Below, piece after piece: positions 51,263 to 63,606 of a DNA stretch of 64,000 nucleotides. The DNA is taken from contig RBZT01000743.1 of assembly GCA_003693705.1 (NCBI GenBank), positions 54,901-118,900 of the forward strand, read 5' to 3'. Under the pieces are notes generated by a model. That model was not told the DNA's origin. It saw nothing but the letters and a program-made list of their open reading frames with translations, and did no database searches. A program made the position numbers and the translations under genes. Each line of letters opens with the position of its first letter. The first letter of the stretch is position 1. The DNA comes from Polymyxa betae A26-41 (Eukaryota > Protista > Endomyxa: Phytomyxea).

Positions 51263-53892
51263 ATGTCCGCTCATGAACGGCAGGCATATCAGCGTCTGTT
51301 GGCTGCTTACAGCCGTCGTCTACAGGTGGGTGTTCATTCTGTATATTTTTACATTTCTCTGTCATTGCATTCTGAAATTCTCATTATTGATGCCGTAATT
51401 GCTCGTTTTTGACGCTAATTAAATATTCTTAACAGATCTTGGCGACATGCGAAAACATCCTTAAATTATGTGGAAGCTCGTTAATTCATACTGACATTCC
51501 TGACGAGCGTGAAGAGCCTATTGATATGGTAGTTGATGATTATTTCACACCTGGATTTGAAGACTTCGATGTATATTATGAAGAGGAAGACTCTGCTGAT
51601 CCACATTATTTCAATCGTCCTCGTTTAGAGAAAGATTCACCTCTGGAAGTCTCTTCGCTATCCGGTCTCGACAATTGTCAACTGTTCTCTAACTCAGCGC
51701 TTCGTCAAGATATAACATGTCTTCCCTATATAGGGCTAAGAGCTCGATCGCTTCTCACTGATCGCATCAAGACGCCTGTCTCACTTCAAGATGGTGATGC
51801 CATTCACGTCCCATTCACAACGGCTGAAATGCGAATCCTGATCGAATCTGCCGAAGAATATGCTGGCGTTCCCAATTGTGTAAATGCATTTTTTTCCGAT
51901 TTTCTTTCCGGCTGAAAATCTTGCATAGCAAGAAGTGGCGAAGAGGCTTCGCGGTCGTACAGCCCGAGATGTTCGACATGCATGGTTGGATTTCGTGTTG
52001 AAAGATAATCAGCATAATGCTATCATCGATGTTCATGATGAACCCACTCCCGATCGTTGCGCCTCCTACTTCAGCACCCATAATGCAACTCAACAACGAT
52101 CTGCACTCATGCTTCGAGAAGCTGAACAGGTTAATTGCTGAGGTTTTCTGGTCTCGATGTTAATCTCATTTTTGTAGACTGGCGGTATTCGAACTCGAAT
52201 TGGCCGTTGGGTTTCTCGCCAAGGTTTAGATATTGTGTTTGTGTTAGTTGAAAGGACTGAATGACGACAGGATATATTCATGCTGAATGCACATTCCGTT
52301 TACAGCTGGAGGACGCCTTGAACCAGATCGTGACGGGTCCGTCGGAAGATACAAGCCATCTTGCTGTCATTGTAGGCAGCGGTAATATCAGACAAGGTGC
52401 TGGTCCACCAATAGCGTTAGACCTGAGGGACAAATCAACCCATCCTCTTGTGGGTCATTTGTAGGATATCCAATATGATGCTTTGTGAATGAATTGATGG
52501 GAAAGTTTAGTGGAGTCGTTAACGAGGCATCGTTTTCGAGCGATGGTCGATTTATCGTTACCGGATCTGACGATGGTACTGCATGTATCTATGACAGCGA
52601 TTCGTTAAAGCTTCGTCATGTGAAGCCCACTCAAAGTGCAGTGATTGCTCTTGGATGTCACAAAACCGAACCCGTCTTTGCAATTGGACTTGATGAGGTC
52701 ATCCTTATGCTTGAAGTTCTGCCATTACCAATTATTCAATTGGAGTACAGGCAAATTCAATTATTACGATCAATGCGAAAACGCTTACTTCCCATTCAAT
52801 GCGTTTGCAATTCGAAGACTCTGTAAGCGATAGCGCTTACGATGGAATGCTGTATGTCTTATCGCGTGATTAGGTATGTGACATGGCATTCGGAGCCGCT
52901 TATACTTCTGTCCAGAATCACCTTGCTGTTGGATTTAAACATGTAATGATGCTTATTCTGGTTGCCAGCGATAAATGATGGATTATAGCGAACTTCGATC
53001 TATAAATACCAGCTGACTTCCACTGGACTTAGACGGGTGGCGCATCAGGCTGATGATAAGAAGGTGATTAAACGTTTGCTGTGCGATGCTGCTCGTAGCC
53101 CAATCATGTTATAGGTGTTTCTTGTGCGTAGTATTCCCACAACAGCTGCCGCGTATGCCTCCTGCTTTTTCTACTCTACTGAAGGGGACGATCAGCTTGG
53201 AAGTGATAAAATCAGTATGTAGCCGGGTTGCTGTTGATTCTCCTTCATTAATTGCCTAAATGTAGAAATCTGGGATGCAAGAGATCCTGATATCAGGGTG
53301 CGTTCGTAGCCGTTTCGTTCCATACTCCGTTTCATCAATGACGTTTGCCTAGTCCGTTACGATCAGAAGTTACACGAAACGAGGAAGGCATTTGATACAA
53401 GATATGACAGTGTCACCAGATGGGCGTTATTTGCAAACATCCGGAAATGATGGCTGCGTTTGTATCAGTAATATCATTTCGATGTTTTGTTGATAACCTC
53501 TCTGAATTATGACAGACGATTTGAGGAGGTTAGGCAGCAAACCCCTTCTTGTGCTAAAGGTAACGCTTATGTGTTTCTCTGTGCATTTTTTAATCCGCTC
53601 CCAGCATCAATGTGACATTGGCCAACCAACTGATGGAGTTGCAACTGAATGGTCTCGTGATTCTCGCTTTCTCGTGACCGGTGCCGATGACTGTACCGTT
53701 CGAATCTGGGATACTTACACGGACGATTACGATGCGAAGAATGCTGGCCTTATCCGTGTCATTGATGGTAATGCTGTTGGCGAGGGCTGTATCCACATCG
53801 TTGCGAACATCAATGACAGCAATGGTTTTATTTATGGAAGTAAGCTCGGCAACGTTGTTGCCTTTGAGCAATACCGACATCCAACCCAATAA
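51263..53892 (+). CDS. WD40-repeat protein with Myb/SANT-like segment (DCAF-like); start uncertain, many short exons
   Basis: PFTTAEMRILIE..QEVAKRLRGRTARDVRHAW; FSSDGRFIVTGSDDGTACIYD, IWDAR, WSRDSRFLVTGADDCTVRIWD. Confidence 0.7.
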
Positions 53893-53981
53893 TATCTACC
53901 TCGTTATTTAACATCTATTGAGTATCTAGTTCCATTTATCGGCGTCTAGGCATTATGTTGTTGTGTTTTCTTTAAACGCTC

Positions 53982-54737
53982 TCAGGACGGCGCTGCTGGT
54001 GGGTTCGCAAGCGTAAATCCTTCGAGGCGTTTCTGAATGGGAGCGACGCCACTGGCTCCGGGTTCGTTGGGGTGCTGGCTGGCCGCACTGGCCCCGTCCC
54101 AGTCGTCGTTGGAAATGACGATTCTTTCGCTCATCTTATCCAATGTCTGTTTCAGCATCTGGCTGAATTCCAGCGCCATCTCGTCTACTTTCTGCTTCCA
54201 TTCGGCAATCTCTGCGTTCTTAAGAGCGATGATATCGTCCTAAGACAATGACATTGGTACAATTTCCGGTAGCTCTAAGTATATCTGACCTTCTTTGCTT
54301 CCAATGCCTGCAGATCGGCCTCCTTTTGACTGTACCGATCCTTTGCAGCTATGATCTGTTCGTTCAGCTGATTGATGGTCTGCATCAGTTCTAGTTTCAT
54401 CGCTTTATACTGTCGGGTCATATCGGCGTTCACTGCGAATGAGCTTTTCTTCTCTTCGACGAAGTCATCGTGCAGGACCTGCAATCGTTCTCTCAATTGA
54501 TGTGAATTTGCTTCAGATTCCGACGCTTGGTTGGCCGCCATTACTGCATAACATTATTAGCACCGGAACACAAAGGCGAGTCGTTTTCATCGTACTTAGA
54601 CGATGTTTGAGGGACTCGATCTGACGCTTCAGAAACAAGTTCTGCATTTCCAGTGACAGTGGTTCTTCGGCTTCATCTGCTACCTTGGCCTCCTTCTTTT
54701 TGCCCTTTGATTTCTTCCCTTTCACCTTAGGTGGCAT
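53982..54737 (-). CDS. CCDC153: Dynein regulatory complex subunit DRC12/CCDC153-like coiled-coil flagellar protein
   Basis: MPPKVKGKK start, ADMTRQYKAM, KVDEMALEFSQMLKQTLDKM; three exons. Confidence 0.75.
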
Positions 54738-55616
54738 GTGATGCTATAACACTCCCTCTTACTTGTTTAACGATCAAATCGCCGACCGTACTTCACCAAT
54801 CAACCGTTATATTAGATACAAGGTCGATCATGCTTTCAGCACGACACCCGATCCGCCCTTGTCTGCTGCCGCAGGTTCATAATGATGCCGCTGAAAGAAG
54901 TTGAAGACTAAGGTAGCATTTAACCAGATGAGGCCATTTGTGTACAAGTTGGATGAGTAACGGACGCCTTCAACAATTGCTTTATCTTGGTCCGAGTACG
55001 ATTCCATAGAGAATACGGTTATGAGACGAATGCACGAAATTTCTGAGCGTCATGGCATTCTGAGTGTCTACAAGACTAGATAGAGACATCGTTTCAAAAA
55101 CAACGGCAAAATACATTGTCAAACTGGCAGCACGATTTTTAAACAAAGCTTCCTAAACTGAAATCAAGTTAAACATGCTGATATGCAGCTCGCCAATGTT
55201 GCCCAGGGACATAAAAACCGGCCTAAAGCCCACGAGTGATTCATTGATCATCCATGGGACTGAAGGGTGAGACAATATTGGCAAGCCTAACGTGGACGAA
55301 CTGAACGAAAATCCCAGAGAGTCATTTGATAGGCCTAAGAGATTTGGATTCCTCTTTCACCTAAACACCTAACTGCTGACAGACCGAATCTCATGACTTG
55401 AAAACAGTTGTTATTTTCCCTTATCTCATTCGGGTATGTCCAATACTCGATCTTAAAGGCGTTATGTGAACGGTTGAACGCATCGACAATGGGAGATTCA
55501 TGGCAAATGGATACAAGGTTTTGACCCCGATCCAGACATCAATCAAACTTTCCGGATTCAAGATATTTAATGAGTCATGCCGGCAATCTTATCAAACATT
55601 GGTGACTGATTACCGA

Positions 55617-55847
55617 ATGGCAACGACAGGAATCAAATATCTACTGCTACTGACAGCCATCATCGTACAATTCTCACAAGGTATCGAATGCGCTCGTGGC
55701 GATCTTTCTCTTCCACAACAAACTATGAGGGAGCTCCCTGATCATCATGAATCCAATCTGCAAGAATACTGCCATCAGTTTCCTGTACATCACGTCATTG
55801 GCGTTGCTATGTCAATTATATTAACGTTGACGGTCGTCTTCGAATAA
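55617..55847 (+). CDS. Possible small secreted/GPI-anchored protein (76 aa)
   Basis: Signal peptide-like MATTGIKYLLLLTAIIVQFSQG; hydrophobic C-terminus VIGVAMSIILTLTVVFE. Confidence 0.4.
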   Translation: MATTGIKYLLLLTAIIVQFSQGIECARGDLSLPQQTMRELPDHHESNLQEYCHQFPVHHVIGVAMSIILTLTVVFE

Positions 55848-55995
55848 TGGCCCTGTTAACTGCCGATATCGTATTCACATTAAGATACGATTGGACGCCA
55901 ACTTAGGTTGCCCCCATACTATGGATATAATAAAGGCTGCCATCATGTCAAGCAATCATATTAACAATGTGTAGATATACGTCAAGTAATTGTCT

Positions 55996-57169
55996 TTAAG
56001 TAAACTTCTGCAAGTTCAGAACGATGCATGTGACGTTATCAGTGCTGCCACAACCAATCGCCATTTCAGCAAGGAGCCCGGCCGCCTGTCAATAATTTCA
56101 ATTCGCGCTTTGCAATAGGATTGGTGCAAACTTACGTAATTGGGCTTAGAGCCATATTGGTGGACGATGTCAGCCGCTGTCTGGACTGGTAATGTATCCC
56201 ATATACCATCGCATCTGAATATGCAGATTAACAATCATTCAACAAATGAGAAAATATTTGAAACAACTCTAAAAATAACTTTACGAAAAACAAACGAAAT
56301 CCCATAAAAGGATTTGCATAGATCATACGCGACAATGAGAAAATCATCGCCTTTAACAAGTCGGCGAGTGGTAATCTCTGGCTCAGCTGTGACCATAGGT
56401 TTAAGATATCCATCACCAATCGATCTAGATACAGATAGGATCCCTTATTAACATAAGACCCCATGATGACCCCATCACCACCCCATTCCTTACCTTGTAC
56501 ACGCCATGTCCCAGCATATGTAACATAACCACCAGCTTGTTCAATTCGACGAAGTTCATCAGCTCTATCGGGTTTATGATCATCGCTTAACGCAATCCCA
56601 GTACCGTCATGAACCAGAACCGTTCGCGAATCTCCCACATTACAGACATACAGATCGACCCCATTCCGGACGTGGAGCAGTACGACGGCGGCCGTCGTCC
56701 CATCATCGCATCCGGCCCCATTCGATAGGGCCACGTATTCATCATCGAGCTCTGCAATGGTCTCTAATAGGTGGCGCTTGATCGAGGCCGGATCATGGGC
56801 AGCACCGGGCGTCCTCAATGCGCATCGCAGACGTGGCGGTAGCTGCTGCGCACAGAACGTGGAGCAGTACGGCCCGCCATGTCCATCGAATACGGCCAGA
56901 AGGATGAACTGGCCGCCGTCTTCACATAGGTCGAAATCGTAGGCGTAGGCGTCCTCCTGTGGCAGCAGTTCAGCGACGTGGTTTAGACAAGGTCGGAGGG
57001 CCGAACGGGCCAGCACGACCATGTGACGGCGGGCTCCCTGAAGTGATGCGATACCAAAGCAGTGACGATATTGATGAGCGACACCGGATAGACGGCGATA
57101 GAGGGCCGACAGTATGGCCAGCAGCAGAGCGGCAGCTACAAGGAGAACAGAGACGCCCAGATCCAGCAT
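55996..57169 (-). CDS. Protein phosphatase 2C with N-terminal TM, multi-exon
   Basis: QGARRHM|EDA, AVFDGHGG, DGTTA, NVGDSR, DHKP, CDGIWD, GSTDNVT. Confidence 0.95.
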
Positions 57170-58631
57170 ATCTTTTCTTCAAGATTCAGGACGTACTGGA
57201 CATGTTCTAAGACCTTGAAGGAGAATCACAATGGCTCTCTATCTCTGTCTCTCTCTCTTGATCTCGATCTGTTTCACCAAGACACACGTTATAGTAAATC
57301 TAAATCTGATTACTGATACCAAAATCAACGCTGAATTTTTTTCCAGAATGTTGAGAAATGCGTTCTTAGGAGTTTGTACTGGAACTTCTTCATAATTTTA
57401 CTGGGTATGCAATAGGATGATTTCCTCCCATCATTTAGAATTTTGACGGGTTTTACTCCGCCAACAGCCATACAATTCAGATTCCCAGATGGCGACATTC
57501 AGCTGTATGTTTGTTCTTGCAAATACTATTTTCAGTTTATATGGCAATACCAACCTAATTTAAACCCTCAAATTCACTACTGTAGTTCAATATCGAACGA
57601 TGTTTTCCAACTGGTTTTGCTACCAACAGATGCTAATGATGAATCGTTCATTGTATGGTGACCTGGAAGCTCCTAGATGCGACTTACGTGAGTCATAAAC
57701 TGTGAGCATTGATAGATCCTAAACATCATCAACTGGTGATAATCATGTTGATTTTCCCAATTGGGCTTAATCCAATTAGACATCTGGTGCTTCGTATCAC
57801 AATTATAATGTTCACCTGTAAGACACCGTCTATGGATGGAATCTCGAGACTTGACTCACTTGATTCAACGGTCTTGCATTCTTGCATGTAAAATAATGGT
57901 GTCTGGTCATGCTATAGACATGTAAATCGCCTGAATTTTTTATCTGATACAAGTGGTATTCGAGACATGGTTTTGTTAGGAAACGCAACTTGTCTCTCAA
58001 AGCCAACTTTAGCATACTCTTCAGATCTGCGGGCTCTCATTTTTGAACGCCTTGCGCCTCTTCGGCTTAACCGGACACCGTCCAAAACGGAACAGTAAAC
58101 TACAGGCGATGTCTGGAAATGTCAGTGCGGAAAGAGCCGAAAACGTAGAAAAAGCAGGTCTAATCTGCTCGACCATATCAATCGGGAGCATTCTGATACT
58201 GCTGAAGAAGCGAAATCATCTTCCCAGTCGGTTGTCACCACAATTTTCCGCCGAAGAGACTCTTTAACTAGGTGAAATGTATCGTGGAGGATTTGTTGCC
58301 ATTCAATTTTTTTGAAAAAGAAAACGTGCTGTCTTCTATCCGGGTGATTGCGCTTTTCCATGGTTTTATCACTATTCCATCGGCGTTTTTGATAATTCCT
58401 CGTTTTCATATTTCTTTGAGGGTTCGTATTCTTTCATTATTATTACTGGACGGTTCCTTTAGGAATTCCTAGACTAAATCCTATGACGGGCAGATTATGG
58501 ATTTAGGATGCTCAAAATTAGCATGGGTCCCGGAAATTCAGATTCCTAAATATTCCAAAACGTTTGAAATCAATGCGCCGCGCTGCCTGTCTTTCGTCCA
58601 TGCAAATAAAAATGCTCTGTTTTATTATTTT

Positions 58632-59849
58632 TTAATCCCACTGTGGGAGGTTGAATAGACCTGCCTCGCGCTCTAAGTGGGGCATATACACTCTGCGTTT
58701 CTGATTGATGCCCCCCATGCGTGTGCGCGCGTTGTGCAGTCTGGAAATCATGCGCATCACGATACATCGGTGACCGTTAAGGGAATCGCGCCTTAAGTCG
58801 CGGAAACCGTCCTTGCATGGCCCGCATGCCACATTCAGCTGGCTGACGGGCGCTGGTCAGCTGTTGTTCAAACCCCAGTTCCTTAGGATTTTGTGGGCCA
58901 GCTTCGCTCGCTTTTGATGCGCGCGCTATGCTGGCGTATCCTCTTTGAGGGAAAGCTGAATCAGCGATGACTTTGGCTCCGTACTTCTCGAACATGTTGT
59001 TGAACATGTCATACAGCCCTCCGGTTTTGCGATTTCGCATCATGCCAACTCCCTAAATCGCCGAATAAAGTCAGTTTTTAAAAGTATAGTCCCATGATGA
59101 CCTACCTGGTGCATTAAGTATCCGGAAAGCAATGCAGCCATCCGGGGTGAATACAAATAGATTGCCAATATAGCAATCTGCTGTCCAACCGTTATAATAG
59201 GCATTTTGTATCAAACAGTCACCGCATTCGGAAAGATACAGTTTTAGACCGTCAACGACAGCCCAAAAATTATCAAGGAGATTATGCCGTTGACGAATTG
59301 CTGCGATGAATTCTGGCATCGTTTCATCATCAGGAAGGCAAATGCTTTAACCAGGACACGGTCGAGAATGTGGATTCCGAACTTCAGCCAGGTTTCACAA
59401 GCGGACGATGTGACCCCAAAAATCATGGTCAATATCCAGATTGGGCACCTATTTAATGTCAATATAACTATTTACGGCTTTAAAAGAATCGTCATTGATA
59501 CTTAGTGCGGCACCACAAAAGGACAAACCCGAGGTTATCTTCCGGCCGCATCAGGCGTCGACGTCAGCGTTTACTGCGTTTCGGACGTATCATCCCGTCA
59601 TCCGTGTGCGGAGTGTTTCGAAGGTAATCCAGTGTGAATTTGTCCAGCAACTGGCGGAATGCTACATGGTCAAATCCGGTCGCCACCAGCAACGCTGAAT
59701 CATGACCGCTTCCCCACAGCATGCGCCATGGGGAATCACTGGGCCATAACAATGACGCCCGCGGTATTTAATTTGTTGTGTTTTGCAGCCCCATTCCTGT
59801 TGTCGTATCGGCGACGGTTCATCATCAGAACGAATAGCCACCACATCAT
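58632..59849 (-). pseudogene. Harbinger (DDE_Tnp_4-like) transposase, frameshifted
   Basis: SPWRMLWGSGHDSALLVATGFD, WAVVDGLKL, QNAYYNGW, FTPDGCI..NAPG, VIADSAFP, SARQPAECGMRAMQGRFPRL spread over several frames. Confidence 0.85.
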
Positions 59850-59939
59850 CACCGGCACCGGCCTCAAAGGGAAGAAGGTCTAACGTTGTCTTTCAACTTC
59901 ACAACTTGTTCGTGGGCAGTACTCTTTTTTTAACGTGAC

Positions 59940-60165
59940 CGACACTAAAGTAGCTTCCAGCCCTAAAATATCTTTTTTCGCCAACTGGTAGCTACCGACA
60001 GCTAATGCTTAAACGTAGTCGACGCTAAAATGGCTTCCAGCCCTAAAATATCTGTGTTCGCCAACGGTGGTAGCTACCGATAGCCAGTGCTTAGACGTAG
60101 CCGACGTTAAAGTGGCTTCCAGCCCTAAAATATCTGTTTTCGCCTACTTTGGTAGCCGCCGACCG
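59940..60165. repeat. ~81-bp tandem repeat x ~2.8 in the transposon spacer
   Basis: Units start at 59940, 60020, 60102; invariant core gcttccagccctaaaatatct. Confidence 0.9.
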
Positions 60166-60205
60166 TGTTTAGTAATCACTTTTATAAACGACTAGTTTGC
60201 TCAAT

Positions 60206-60758
60206 ATGACTGAGCCCAAACTAAAGAAGAGGCGCATGGCTGGAGCAATCAATTTCTCCGTCGAAAACCTGCACACCCTGAACATGTACTGCATGAAATA
60301 CAAGCCCATCGGCGCCGACGAATGGGAGTTGGTAGCTGCAGAATACAATGCCGCGACCGGGCAACTCCGTACTGGCGAGGCCCTCAAGAAGAAGTTTCGG
60401 GAGCACCGTGACAAGAAAGTTCCTACTGGACCCCAACTGTCCGATCCATATCCGCGACGCGAAACGGATACACAGGATGATTAATGAGCGCGTCATGCTG
60501 GACTCCTCAATGCCGGAGAGTGATCTGTTTGGCGAAGTGCAGGCTCCCAACGATGGAGATGAAGAGTCCGTCGGTGATTTGTCCGGGTGCGAGTTCGACG
60601 ACGGATATGGAAGGCCTATAGAAATCAAGGACACGCCACCGACCTCGCTGAACCGCCCGCTGAATCGGCCATGGTTTCGGTTCCATTGTCGCTCCTCGTC
60701 GTATCGAGCCCAAACCCGCCACCCAGTTGGGATTGGAGTCTGGTGGTACCGATTATGA
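60206..60758 (+). pseudogene. Myb/SANT-like (DUF6818-like) Harbinger accessory protein, frameshifted near 60428
   Basis: PIGADEWELVAAEYN..RTGEALKKKF..KKVPT(G) continues in another frame as DPNCPIHIRDAKRIHRMI. Confidence 0.75.
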
Positions 60759-62107
60759 GCAACCGAGACATGCGGCTGTCGGACTCACCGGATGATCGTC
60801 TGAGGGCGATCATTGTCACATCCATATTCAAAATATGGAATATCGCGGATCTGTCGCAACTGCCCTATATCCGACGCATACCCGCCAGAGTAAGGACCGT
60901 TCAGGCTCTGCATGGGCGCCCTTTTGCTAGCCTTCCCTGGACAGCACTGCCATATAAATTGTATACCATCACAATGGTATAGTGACTTACCTGCCGATTG
61001 CAATATTCGCCGAATGTTAGAGCAGTTCGACGTCAGCGAACCAGTATGGGACATCAGTGACGTCAACCCACTCTATATATCGGACGAATTTTTCGAATCT
61101 GTCGGGCCCGAATTTCAAAAAGTGGTTCGCGAACCGTTGTCTTTATTGATGAGACGCACAGGCAATGAAATACGAAACGTATGCCGTCAAAGTTGACAAC
61201 GCTCTCACTGCTGCAGTTGATATCAATTCCCATTTGGATAAGGAGAGCGCATGGAATTAGGCTCATAGCGCGTTACAACCTATTTATTTTGATGTATGAG
61301 AGGTTTCGGTTCGCGTTCTTCGACGGTGCTCCAAGTTCACGAAATCCGCCTCCAATAGCCGGCGCGGCCAAGCTCTACGCTTTCGGGATTTTGCATGAAG
61401 CATTAGAGCAGTCAATTGAAGGCTCTTGAGAATTTCCAGCGCCAGGGAAGCATCGAACAATGCCGTTTCGGAGAGTTTGCGTTTTTGTTTGCTGCGGGCC
61501 AGTTCCGTCTGCCGAAACCATTCCGGTCTTCTTGCCGGCGGCTAGCCCAGAAGTTATATGATGAACTGATGAAGGTTGCACTGTAGGCTGCAATCGAATC
61601 CCATACCGACCTCTGTTTCAGTTATTGCCGTTGCCAGATGCTGATTACACAGATGAGCTCTGGGGCCAGCATTCTGCTCAAATCCTAAGAGCGCGACCAA
61701 GGGAGTTCGCGTATCAACCGGAACTGCATCAGAAATGGATATTGTATATCAAGCTGAATTACATATCGTACGTTGCCAATTTTATTTTGGATTTCGGTTA
61801 TACACCGATCTATAGATATTTTTTTAACATTAGCGGCGTCCGCTGCACACCGCGATTAGACCGCCAATCTGCATTAGCCGAAAAAGAAAATTGATGAGAC
61901 CAGCTAGTGGCGAAGTGAAAAATGCCATGAATTCTATTGCACGCGCTGCGGAAAAGGAACATTAGATCATCGAACCCGTAATCTTTGAAGGCATCATTAT
62001 TAAGTCATACATACTGATCGAGACAAAAAATGAAACCTAAAACCATTTGCTACATCGAACATAACTGGTATCTTGATGACAATAGAAACACGCTAAGACG
62101 CGCATGC

Positions 62108-62311
62108 TCAGATTCTACCTTGCTTGTGCGCCTGTTGGCGAAGAGCAGCGAGATCGTTGTGACACGCGGCAACGATGTTTCCATACATAATAATCTTCTT
62201 CTCGTTAGCACGAGCATTCTCCGCTTGCTTCAATTTCGCCTCGGCGTCGTCAAGCCGGCGCTCGAGCGCGGCGATCTTATCATTGAGAGAAGCTCCAGAC
62301 GACTGCGACAT
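62108..62311 (-). CDS. Short coiled-coil ORF, possibly a gene fragment
   Basis: MSQSSGASLNDKIAALERRLDDAEAKLKQAE..HNDLAALRQQ; GC-rich patch in an AT-richer region. Confidence 0.35.
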   Translation of the reverse strand: MSQSSGASLNDKIAALERRLDDAEAKLKQAENARANEKKIIMYGNIVAACHNDLAALRQQAHKQGRI

Positions 62312-62519
62312 CACGAATGATAGAATTAAGAAAGTCCGTGACTGCATGGTTCACTTCATCTCTCATCCTACACCTGATTCTAGAGGTGATTTTATTGCCG
62401 ATTTCAAAAATTTTGTCCTATGGTGGTGACATCTATAATATCCGGCCACAAACTTTCTTAAAACCCGGTTGCATCCCTGTGTTTCTTCCACTTGTGCAAT
62501 CCCTGCCTTTCGATGGGGC

Positions 62520-63180
62520 CAAATCAATTTTATTGAAAAGATCGTTGAATTGATGCTTTAAGTAATTCACATTAGTTTTCGTCGCGTAATGCTCTGCAAA
62601 TGGTTGGAGAAGCCCACATCTGGAAAGTTTTCGAATAGCTGTTCCTGTAATTCTTGAATATAGAAACAAGGATTGCTCACGAACTGCTGAACAAAATTAT
62701 AGATTCCTTGGGGCCATCGTGCAGACTTCTGTCGTGGAGCATTTCATTTGAGGGTTATAATAATAAATTCGCCAGTATACGGACTTGATCATTTTATTGA
62801 GCAAGGAATCCGCTTTTATCGTATCAATCGTACGGTCCGGATACTTCAAACTATATAAACCCTAATCGACTTGAAAAATATATGGACAGAGCGAAGAGTG
62901 GAATTGGTCGAAGATGCTATCTAGAATTTTATCACAAATTGGAAAGAAAAAGGCCACAATTTATAAAATGTTTCAACGAAAATTACCGGTATGTTGAGCG
63001 AAAAGAACAGTGGGCTGTGTGCTACAGGGATGTTTTAATACCTGATACTACAGCCCACGCAGCCGAATCTTTTCACTAATCTATTAAAATTCAAACAAGC
63101 GAAACAAATACGTGAGAACATTGCTTGAAAAACTGATGCAAATTAAAGAAGATTCCTTCATTATATACCGGTATAAGGAT
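62520..63180 (+). mobile_element. MULE/Mutator-type transposase remnant (pseudogene)
   Basis: QFIKCFNENY..RKEQWAVCYR..DTTAHAAESFH* resembles the MULE W..YR / T....ES.H motif; multiple stops. Confidence 0.55.
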
Positions 63181-63606
63181 AAAATGATGATTAATTGGAA
63201 CAAATCCTATATACTTGCAGGAACGAATTAAATTGCTTCCGGGTCGGATTTGTAGCGTCACTTTAAAGAATCGAATTCAGAACGTGCTAATAATGCATCC
63301 AGAGCAGGTTTCAAGGGTGCCGTTTTGCTCGGTTCCAGATTCCTATTTCGTCAGCGGTACAGTGTAACGTAACCGACCTTCTCACATCAAATATCCCTAT
63401 TCATCTACCGTGCATTTATCTATGTTACAATGAAATATTACATACAGATCCAACTGGGCTTCAGCTCAGTTGGATCAACACAGGTTTTGCTATATTGAGC
63501 CGTCTCCCTTTGTAGCTAGAGTTCTCGAGAATCATATCATACAGATGAAAAATACCTAATTATCAAGCGGATACCTGGAATACATAACAACGTAAGCAGC
63601 GTAGTC

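Larger units (their letters stand above)
58632..61790. mobile_element. Degenerate PIF/Harbinger-type DNA transposon (termini not identified)
   Basis: Transposase remnant and divergent Myb-like partner gene separated by a tandem-repeat spacer. Confidence 0.75.

Noticed and set aside
57400-58500. Possible LTR-integrase remnant on the minus strand (SRFHP*T, SHLG)
   Set aside because: Motifs are weak, in the wrong order and interrupted by many stops
58456-58507. Palindrome taggaattccta and hairpin ctaaatcc..ggatttag as a Harbinger TIR
   Set aside because: No matching inverted copy found at the other side of the element
59940-60165. 81-bp array as a CRISPR-like repeat-spacer array
   Set aside because: The intervals between conserved cores are homologous to each other, so it is a diverged tandem repeat
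58600-63200. Fanzor/TnpB nuclease in the transposon cluster
   Set aside because: No RuvC motifs or associated zinc finger recognised in the ORFs examined
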